DNA from: an uncultured Gemmataceae bacterium | GTDB taxonomy: Bacteria; Planctomycetota; Planctomycetia; Gemmatales; Gemmataceae | Length of the DNA stretch: 64,000 nt | Direction: 5' to 3' | Assembly: GCA_963750165.1 (NCBI GenBank) | Contig: CAVVPN010000003.1 | Coordinates: forward strand, 416,001 to 480,000 | Part shown: in pieces, positions 51,445-59,203 of the stretch | How positions within the stretch are numbered: position 1 is the stretch's first letter | Layout: the number at the start of each line of letters is the position of its first letter | Program-made: the position numbers and the translations under genes | The notes under the pieces: model-generated | Told to the model about the DNA's origin: nothing | Database searches by the model: none | What the model saw: the letters and a program-made list of their open reading frames with translations, nothing else

Positions 51445-51505
51445 AAGATGAAGGATGAAGGATGAATGGAAGCCATTCATCCTTCATCCTTCATCCTTCA
51501 TCCTT
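51445..51505. repeat. GATGAAG heptamer array with an inverted array
   Basis: gatgaaggatgaaggatgaa ... ttcatccttcatccttcatccttcatcctt. The same family occurs at 62768-62830. Confidence 0.9.
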
Positions 51506-52382
51506 TTTGAAGGACGATCTCGGTGCCGACGCCGCGGTCGGTGTAGATTTCGAGCAGCAGCGAGTGGCGCACGCGGCCGTCGATGATGTGCGTCTTGCGG
51601 ACGCCGCCGCGCAGGCTGTCCAGGCACGCCTCCACCTTGGGGATCATGCCTTCGTCGATGACCCGGCGGGCGATCAGGTCCTGACACTCCGCGGCGTCGA
51701 GACCGCGGACCAGCGAGTCGGGGTCGCGGCGGTCGCGCAGGATGCCGGGCGTGTCGGTGAGCAGCACGAGCTTTTCGGCGCCGAGGTGGGTGGCGACCGC
51801 GGCGGCAGCGGTGTCGGCGTTGACGTTCAGCCAGCCGCCGGCCTCGTCCTGGGCCACGGACGCGATCACCGGCACCACACCGGCAGCGCAGAAGTCGCGG
51901 AGCAGGTCCGTCTCGACGCGCGTGACGCCGCCGACCCGGCCAAGGTCGATCGGCTCGCCGCCAGGGTTGGGCAGCGTCAGGCGTTCGCCGTGCAGGTACT
52001 GGAAGGAGCCGAGGTGGGCGCCGACAGCGCGGCCGCCGAGTTGACGAATCTGGGCCTCGATGGCAGCGTTGGTTTCCTTGAGCAGCACGCGAACCACGAT
52101 GTCGAGCGTGGCGTCGTCGGTGTAGCGCCGGCCCTGGACCTTGCGCGGTTGCAGACCGGCGTCAGCCATGGCGCGGTCGATGGCCTTGCCGCCGCCATGC
52201 ACCAGGATCGGCCGCATGCCAACCGTTTCCATGAAGACGACATCTTGCAGTGTGGCGCGCAGCGCTTCGGGCTCTTCCATGGCGCTGCCGCCGAGTTTGA
52301 TCACCGTCAGCCGATCGCGGAAGTTGCGAATGTAGCTGAGCGCTTCGATCAGGGTTTCCGCTTTGCGGATGGCGTTGTCCAT
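51498..52382 (-). CDS. argB: acetylglutamate kinase
   Basis: 'VIKLGGSAM', 'VHGGG', 'GRRYTD', 'NVNADTAA', 'GMIPKV', 'IIDGR'. Confidence 0.96.
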   Translation of the reverse strand: MDNAIRKAETLIEALSYIRNFRDRLTVIKLGGSAMEEPEALRATLQDVVFMETVGMRPILVHGGGKAIDRAMADAGLQPRKVQGRRYTDDATLDIVVRVLLKETNAAIEAQIRQLGGRAVGAHLGSFQYLHGERLTLPNPGGEPIDLGRVGGVTRVETDLLRDFCAAGVVPVIASVAQDEAGGWLNVNADTAAAAVATHLGAEKLVLLTDTPGILRDRRDPDSLVRGLDAAECQDLIARRVIDEGMIPKVEACLDSLRGGVRKTHIIDGRVRHSLLLEIYTDRGVGTEIVLQKG

Positions 52383-52588
52383 GAGCCCACGTCGCGGGAG
52401 GGCATGCGGCCTGGGCGGCCGTGGATTAAAAGATTGATTGTAGATGGTGCCACGTCGCTGTCAATCTTCCAGTCGTTTTTTCACGCGCTTGCTTGTCGCC
52501 GCGTGCGGCCCCTGGTACGCTGGCGGAAGATCGTGCCCCGCGCTTGCGCGTCGGGCAGCCTGGATCTGCAGAAGAAAGGTGGTGAACC

Positions 52589-52969
52589 GTGGACTGGTGG
52601 TTCTGGCCTGTTGTCGCTTTCTTGATCGGCATGCTGTTCACCGCTGTGCTGAACGTCGTCCTTGTTTCCCTCAAGCGAAAATCCTTGATCCGCAAGAGCC
52701 TGCACGCCCAACTGTTACTCGGGTTACTTACCGACTTCAAACCAGAACTCCGGGAGCAACTCGACCTGGATCCACCCCCAGATGACGTTGACGCCACGTT
52801 TGCTCGGGAAGCACCGGACGACGAGCCGCGCTTAATCGTGACGGTGCGTCGCGGTGATGCCACCCAGAAAGCGGCTGCGGTGGTCAGTAAGGGGGAGCTG
52901 GAAACTCTCTCAAACCTCATTCTTGGATTGGGTGACAAGCGGCCGAAACAGGAGACCACCCGTGTCTGA
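52589..52969 (+). CDS. small membrane-anchored hypothetical protein
   Basis: N-terminal TM (WWFWPVVAFLIGMLFTAVLNVVLV); GGTGG RBS-like sequence; lower-GC segment. Confidence 0.55.
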   Translation: MDWWFWPVVAFLIGMLFTAVLNVVLVSLKRKSLIRKSLHAQLLLGLLTDFKPELREQLDLDPPPDDVDATFAREAPDDEPRLIVTVRRGDATQKAAAVVSKGELETLSNLILGLGDKRPKQETTRV

Positions 52970-53426
52970 CCCCGACCTCGCCCCGGGGGCCTCTGGGCCG
53001 CAACAGACTCCGCGAAGATCTCGCTCCCCTGCCCAGTCGAAGTCGCGAACGCCCTCCGCCTTACCTACGCGGGACGAAACCGGCGCCGGGGCGGGGGTGG
53101 CTGGCCTCAGTATCGGATCCTTGATCGCCGTGGTCGCGAGTGCGTTGCCGGAAGGCGTATAGAAGTCCGTGTTGATCTGGTTCGCCCCGGCGTCCACGAT
53201 GGCGTTCTGGACCGCCTGGAATTGGGCGGCGCAGCGGTTGCGAATTTACCTGGAAGCCAGGGCCATTGAAACAGCCTTTCGGAAGGCCAAAGCGGCCATC
53301 GAAGATGCTCTGAAAGCTCCGCTCACCCCGGCGCAGCACGCCCTGTTCACCCAACGGCTCGCTGACCTGCACCGGGACATTACCGAGTTTCGTCTATCGC
53401 GGCTTTCGTCGCACATCAAGAAATGA
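52962..53426 (+). pseudogene. two-TM hypothetical protein interrupted by an in-frame TAG (53160-53162)
   Basis: GTG 52962 with an AGGAG RBS. ...ALPEGV*KSVLIWFAP... continues in the same frame to 53426. Confidence 0.5.
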
Positions 53427-53584
53427 AACGGCGGAGTTTTTGTGCAGGATGTGGGCGGAAAAGCATCAACCAGCGCCGTCGCCCCAGCGTAGAATGCTCG
53501 GCGGATCGAGAATCACAGTTATCGGCAAACGGGAAGAGCGGTTTCTGGTACACGTCCTTCGGAGCGTTCAGCGGAGGTCCACGT

Positions 53585-54834
53585 ATGCAAGTCCCCGATC
53601 CTGTGCCGTCGCGCAGCCCCTGGTCGCCGATGGGCTACCGCGTCGTGACCGTCGCGGAGGAGACCGGTCCCCCGCAGCCGTGTCCGCAGCCGCCGGCCTC
53701 CCTGAGCTACCGGGTCAACCCGGTGGGCGAGGAAGACGTGCCTCCCCGGCCGCGCGCGGCGGAGCGCTTCCCAGGACCGCCGCGCCGGCTGCTGCGGAAA
53801 CCGCTTCCAGAGAAGTCGCAGTCCAAACCCCTGTGGTGGGCGGTTGTCCTGTTCGGCTCGTTCATGGCCCTGTGCCTGATTGCGCTGTTGATCGGCTCGT
53901 CTGACCGCCGATCCGCCCCGCCGCCGGTCGGATTCGAACCTGAGGTGGTGATAAACGATGTCCGCGGCCCCGAGGTGCGCATCCCCCATGTGCCCCCCGA
54001 GAAGGATGACAAGCCTGTCGCCCAGGTGCCCTTCCCGGACATCCAGGCCGCTGCCGAGAAGAAGGCCGGGCCGCAATTCTTCGGCTTCCCCGCCGCGGAG
54101 GTGTGCAAGAACGACCCACCGCGGCCAGCGCCCGGCGGCCGTGAGACGTTCGGCACCGCCGTGGAGTTCGCCCGCAACCCGCAGGAGGCGGCCCGGCAGG
54201 CGGCAGCGGCTCGCAAGCTCACCTTCCTGCTGCACGTCTCTGGGAACTTTGAAGACGCCGGCTTCACCTGAAACAACGCCGAGCGCTCCGTGTGAACGCC
54301 CTGACCCAGCCCCAGGTCGGACAGTATCTGAACCGTCATTTCGTGTCGGCCTTCCAGAAGGTCGCCACCTTCCAGATCAACGGCGCCGCCAAGCAGGGCG
54401 GCAACGTCGCCGCGTATTTCTGCACACCCGAGGGCCGCGTCCTGCACGCCATCGCCGGCCCGGTGGACGCCGCGACCTTCCTGCGCGAGGCCCGCTGGGC
54501 CAACGAGACGTATCAACTGGCGCTGCTGGACAACCCTGGGCCGCTGCAAGTGCAAGGCTTTTTCCGCAAGGCCCACCTCGACCGGCTGAAACTGGAGCGG
54601 GGGGAACTGCGCCTGGCTGAGAACAAGCTGCCGGCCACGGACGCCGTCAGTGGCAAATTGCTGGATCAGCTCCTGGTGCAGAACCAGAACCTGGGCCTGA
54701 ACAACTCGGGCAAAGTTCACCTGATGCTGACGGTGGGGCCGCTGGCCCGGATCGATCAGGTGTATCGCGTGGTGTTTGAACGCATCCTGGAGGAGAAGAT
54801 CACGACCAACCCGGTGGCCGTGAACGGCAAGTAA
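53585..54834 (+). CDS. membrane-anchored thioredoxin-like protein, selenoprotein N-like, with putative Sec (TGA 54269-54271) and a 1-nt deletion near 54283
   Basis: ORF 53585-54271 ends KLTFLLHVSGNFEDAGFT-TGA-NNAE; ORF 54292-54834 continues (L)RVNALTQPQVGQYLNRHFVSAF...YFCTPEGRVLHAIAG. TM segment PLWWAVVLFGSFMALCLIALLIG. Confidence 0.65.
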
Positions 54835-54849
54835 GGATGTGAGAAACAA

Positions 54850-54899
54850 CGGCGCCCGCGGCGCCAGCAAGGGCAGCCTTGCTGGCGCCGTGGGCGCCG
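54850..54899. repeat. palindromic repeat / bidirectional terminator between convergent genes
   Basis: cggcgcccgcggcgccagcaagg-gcag-ccttgctggcgccgtgggcgccg. Confidence 0.8.
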
Positions 54900-54903
54900 G
54901 TTT

Positions 54904-56692
54904 TCAGCGCTGTGGTGCAGCGACCGTCCCCAGATCGTAGCAAGCAATCTCCCGGTCGTTGCGCACGTACAGGCGGCCGTGGGCGACCACCGGATGATTC
55001 CAGGTTTTGCTCGTGAAGACCGCCAACCGTCCCCGTTCCTCGTGCCGCTTCGGGTCAGCCGCCAGCAGCACCACCTCCCCCTGTTCCGACTGCACCAGCA
55101 GCAGCCGCTGCTCCGCCAGCAGCGCCACCTGCCCGTAACCGTAGCGCCCCTGTTTCCAGCGCCGCTTGCCCGTCTCCAGATCGACACAGCAGAACAGATG
55201 GCCGTCGAAGCCGAAGGCGCAGCCGTCCTGCACCACCAGGTCGTTGAACGATGGCCGCAGGTGCCGCGACGACCAGCGCCTCCGCCGTCCGCCAGCCGGT
55301 GCCATCGCGGGTCACCTCGATCAGCACGGTGTCCGCTTCCATGCCGCCCAGCACCAGGATCTGCGACGTGCCGACGAGTTGCGGTTGCAACGAGCGCGGG
55401 CTGCCCCCCGGCAGCGCGTGCTCCCAGAGCACCGCGCCGGTGGCTGGCGCGAGGGCGCTCACGCCGCGGTCGCTGATGAACAGCACCTGTTCCTGCCCGT
55501 CAAGGCGGAAGAGCTGTGGCGAGACGTAACTGTGCTTGCCCACGTCGGCCGTCCACGCCGGCTCGCCCGACACCGCCTGATAGGCGAGCAGGTTTTTCGA
55601 TCCGGAGCCGCCGGCAAAGACCACGACCACCCCCTGCACCACCAGCGGCGAACTGGCGAACCCCCAGATGGGAGCGGTGGCGCCGGCCTCGGCGGCGATG
55701 TCGCGCGTCCAGTGCCGGGTGCCGGTGGCGGCGTCGAAGCAGTTCAGGATGCCGGTCGCCCCCAGGGTGTAGAGCCGGCCCTCCGCGAACGTGGGCGTGG
55801 CCCGCGGGCCGGGGCCGCCCTGACCGTCCGAGAACCGCGCCGCGTCGTGGTGCGCCCACATTTCCGCGCCGGTGTCGGCGTCCAGGCACACGACTGCTTC
55901 CTCCTGGCCGCGCTGCTCCTGCGTGAACAACCGGTTCCCGACCACCGCAACCGAGGACCACGCCGGACCGATGCGCTGCTTCCAGAGCAGCCGCGGCGGC
56001 TGGGCGTCCCAGTCGGTGGCAATGCGGACGCCGCGCACCACGCCGTCGCGCTCCGGGCCGCGGAAGCCGGGCCAGTCCTCCGGCCGGAGATTCAGCGCTT
56101 GAGCGCTGTCGGCGGTGTGGGCGTCGCCGGCGACGTACTCTTGCTCGGCGGTGGGGTTCCAGCGCCAGTGGAAGGCGGGCCGGTAGTCGCCGGTGTCGGG
56201 ATCGCCTTCCAGGCCCTCCATGCGGAGCGTCAGGAAGGCCGACCAGGTTAGCAGCAGCGCCGTCATCAGCCCATACCGGCGCGTGGTTGGGGACGCCCAG
56301 CGGGTGAGCACCAGGCCCACGGCCCAGGCGGTAAGCGCGTACGGCAGCCCCAGCATCAATATGATGCCCGCCGGCACGCTCGGGTCCGCGAGGAGCCAGG
56401 CCAGCAACCCGCCGGCCGTCGCGGTGCCGAACACCAACAGCCGATCCCGCATGGGGATGCGCCGGCTGAAGAACCAGACGCCCAGGAACAGCAGTGCCAC
56501 CAGGAGGCCGGCGCCCATGCGCATCAGGAAGCGCGTGAACCCCTGCAGTTCCATCCAGCCCGTGACGAAAAAGCACCCCCAGTACACGGCGACCAGCGCC
56601 ACCGCCGGCCAGATGCGCGGGCGCTGCGGCGTGGCGGCGGGCAGCCGTTCGGGTTGCGGGACAGGCGCCAGCGGAGACACGTCAACCGTCAT
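54904..56692 (-). CDS. membrane-anchored PQQ-binding-like beta-propeller protein; frameshift near 55280
   Basis: Several N-terminal TM helices, 'DWPGFRGPERDG', 'GPRATPT', 'WGFASSP', C-terminal 'KTWNHPVVAHGRLYVRN'. Confidence 0.85.
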
Positions 56693-56857
56693 GCGTGGAA
56701 CCTCCAGCGTTCAAGGTGGGGCGACGATTCGATGCGACGGTGACCGCCACTTGGCGGGCATCGTCGCGGCAGGGTATATTGCCCTGGGCTTCCCGGAAAC
56801 GGTAGCCCGGATTTAATTGTACGTGCAGTCTAAACAAATTCCCGTGGGCGTCAAGTG

Positions 56858-57481
56858 ATGTGTGCGCGCCGTTATCAACTCGGACTGCGTCAGGCGGCGG
56901 CGGAACAGACCCGCGCCCGCATTCTGGCGGCGGCGCAGGAGTTTCTCGTGGCCCCGGACGGGATTGCCGGCTTCACCATAGAAGCGGTCGCACGGCAGGC
57001 CGGCGTGGCCCGGATGACGGTCTATTACCAGTTCGGTTCCAAGGCGGGGTTATTGGAGGCGCTGTGCGACCTGTTAGCGGTTCGCGGCGGTATGATGGAG
57101 CTAAAGGCCGGGGCCTTCTGCCAGCCAGACGCCCGGCAGGGGCTGGCGGATCTCATCGCGATCTTCGGCCGATTCTGGAGTTCGGATCGGTTGGTGTTGC
57201 GACGGCTGCTCGCACTGGCGGCCCTGGACCCGGAGGTCGGTCGCGTCCTCGGGGCCCGGCTACAGCGGCGGCGTGAGGGGCTCAGGGTCATGCTCGGTCG
57301 CCTGGCGGCGCAGCACGGCCAGCCACGCCCGGAGGCGCTGGACGAAACGCTCGACGTGCTCATGGCCCTGACGAGCTTCGAGACGTACGACTGCCTGGCC
57401 GGGGAGCGGCGCACGCCGGAAGAGGTGACGCCGCTGGTCCGCCGCCTGGTGTTCGGCGTGCTGGGCCTGAGCGAAGGTTGA
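56858..57481 (+). CDS. TetR/AcrR-family transcriptional regulator
   Basis: 'TRARILAAA..FTIEAVARQAGVARMTVYYQFGSKAGLL'. Confidence 0.93.
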   Translation: MCARRYQLGLRQAAAEQTRARILAAAQEFLVAPDGIAGFTIEAVARQAGVARMTVYYQFGSKAGLLEALCDLLAVRGGMMELKAGAFCQPDARQGLADLIAIFGRFWSSDRLVLRRLLALAALDPEVGRVLGARLQRRREGLRVMLGRLAAQHGQPRPEALDETLDVLMALTSFETYDCLAGERRTPEEVTPLVRRLVFGVLGLSEG

Positions 57482-57535
57482 GCCGGGCAGCCCGGCCAGG
57501 CGGCTTTCTGGTCGTGGGAGATTCGGAGTGACGAG

Positions 57536-57886
57536 TTACAAGGGGAAATACTTCACGACGACCTTGCATTCATCCAGAGACAGGCACTGAATGGCGAGGA
57601 GAAGTTCCTCGATGGCCTGACCCGTCGGTAGGTGGTCGTTGACTGGAAAGACGCCGGGCATGGGCAGCCCCGCAATCGTCCGCTCCTCGACGAACCGTGG
57701 GATCGTTCGCCGATCGTGCGTCAGGAGAATGCGGTCCTGCGCGGCGGCCCACTCGAGGACCGCCGGGTCGGCCGCTTCCGCCAGGCCCACGTCTCGAACA
57801 TGCACCACGTCCAACTCCGGCTCTCGGCGCAACAGGCCGTCCAGGATGTGCCCGTTGAAGTTTTGCTCGACCAGCAAACGCATCAC
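57536..57886 (-). CDS. DUF5615-family PIN-like toxin
   Basis: 'MRLLVEQNF', 'VRDVGL...D..VLEWA...DRILLTHD'. Confidence 0.85.
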   Translation of the reverse strand: MMRLLVEQNFNGHILDGLLRREPELDVVHVRDVGLAEAADPAVLEWAAAQDRILLTHDRRTIPRFVEERTIAGLPMPGVFPVNDHLPTGQAIEELLLAIQCLSLDECKVVVKYFPL

Positions 57887-58233
57887 AGGTTCAACCCCTT
57901 CGCCCGGGCGCGGGCCAGCAGTTCTTCCTTGCTGGGCGGTGGCGGTTGGGACGCCTCGATTTTGCGACGCAGGGCGTCCGCTTCCTCGTCACACTGGCGC
58001 AGATAGTCGTTGATTTCCGCCGAATAGGCGTGGTAGTACGCAAGGACAGCGAGCACGTCGCCGAGTTCCAGGGCGTCATACATGCGCACGATGTCCTGGG
58101 GTGCCGTGCCCCGCTGATAGGCGCGAATGACCAGTTCCAGCAGGACGCGAGTCTTGCCGATGCGCAGGACGCCCGGCGGGTCTTCCCGCAAGGGGACCGA
58201 CAAGGTGAAGGGCTGGCGCTCCAGAACGGTCAT
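57883..58233 (-). CDS. DUF433-family antitoxin
   Basis: 'GVLRIGKTRVLLELVI..YQRG..PQDIVRMY..L.LGDV.AVLAYY'; overlaps the toxin start. Confidence 0.88.
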   Translation of the reverse strand: MTVLERQPFTLSVPLREDPPGVLRIGKTRVLLELVIRAYQRGTAPQDIVRMYDALELGDVLAVLAYYHAYSAEINDYLRQCDEEADALRRKIEASQPPPPSKEELLARARAKGLNL

Positions 58234-58368
58234 GGTTTTTTCTCCAACGGGAATGGCTTACCCTATATTTTACCTGAGTTCCGACGGGAGGCGATGGATC
58301 TGTGCATAACCTGGCAAATAGCTGCGTCCCCCTTGTATTTCCCTGGACAAGCTGGAAGGAAAATAACC

Positions 58369-58938
58369 GTGGCACGCCTGCGCACCTTCATCGCCCTGGA
58401 CCTCGGCCCGCAGATCCAGGGCCGCATCATCGCGTTGCAGGGCCGGCTGGCCCAGACCACCAACGAGGTGAAATGGGTCGAAGCGGACAACATTCACCTG
58501 ACCCTGCTGTTCCTGGGCGAAGTGGACGAGCGCGGCGTGCCGGACGTCTGCAAAACGGTCGCGGAAGCCGCCACCGCAGTCGGCCCGATTGCCCTGACCG
58601 TGGAGGGCGTCGGCTGTTTCCCGAACCTGCGCCGGCCGCGCATCCTCTGGGTGGGCGTTGGCGAGGGCAGTGCGGCGGTGATCGACCTGCACGACCGCCT
58701 GGAAGAACCGCTGTTCCAGCTGGGCTGCTACCGCCGCGAGGAGCGGCAGTACACACCGCACATCACGCTGGGCCGGCTCAAGGGCGATGAGCCAACGGAG
58801 AAGTTGGTCACGGTGATCAACAAGCACCAGGCCTGGAAAGGCGGCGAAACGACCATCGACGAGGTCCACGTCATGAGCAGCGAACTGACCCGCGAGGGGC
58901 CGATTTACACCGTGCTCAGCCGGGCCAAGCTGGGCTAA
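58369..58938 (+). CDS. thpR: RNA 2',3'-cyclic phosphodiesterase (2H superfamily)
   Basis: 'RTFIAL', the two 2H motifs HLTL and HITL, 'PRILWVGV'. Confidence 0.93.
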   Translation: MARLRTFIALDLGPQIQGRIIALQGRLAQTTNEVKWVEADNIHLTLLFLGEVDERGVPDVCKTVAEAATAVGPIALTVEGVGCFPNLRRPRILWVGVGEGSAAVIDLHDRLEEPLFQLGCYRREERQYTPHITLGRLKGDEPTEKLVTVINKHQAWKGGETTIDEVHVMSSELTREGPIYTVLSRAKLG

Positions 58939-59203
58939 CGTTGCCGGGCAAGGGTGCCAAATCTCGACGTATGAAAAAGTTGGCCCCCTTGGCCCCCTTG
59001 GCCCCCTTGCTCGGTCAACGGGCGCCGCTCGCTGCCCGGCCCTGCCAGGTATCATCGGCCTTCTGGACCTGTTAAGCTGGAGGAACCACGGTTGCATTTC
59101 CGGCGATGGGCGATATGCTAATCAGTCAGACAAACGGATTTGTCGGCATCACGGCATGAGAATTGCCAGGTTTGGGGCCCTTCCCCGAGGAGCATTATCA
59201 GCA

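Noticed and set aside
53925..53945. GGATTCGAACC, the reverse complement of a tRNA T-loop consensus
   Set aside because: It lies inside a CDS (VGFEP) and no cloverleaf or acceptor stem can be built around it.
56816..56840. Possible TetR operator (ttgtacgtgcagtctaaacaa)
   Set aside because: The palindrome is too imperfect to support.
57536..58233. TA pair as a marker of a prophage or island
   Set aside because: No integrase, att site or phage genes nearby; DUF433/PIN pairs are common solitary modules.
58982..59010. GGCCCCCTT x3 direct repeat between thpR and glgP
   Set aside because: Real, but short, with only a partial inverted partner; no function can be supported.
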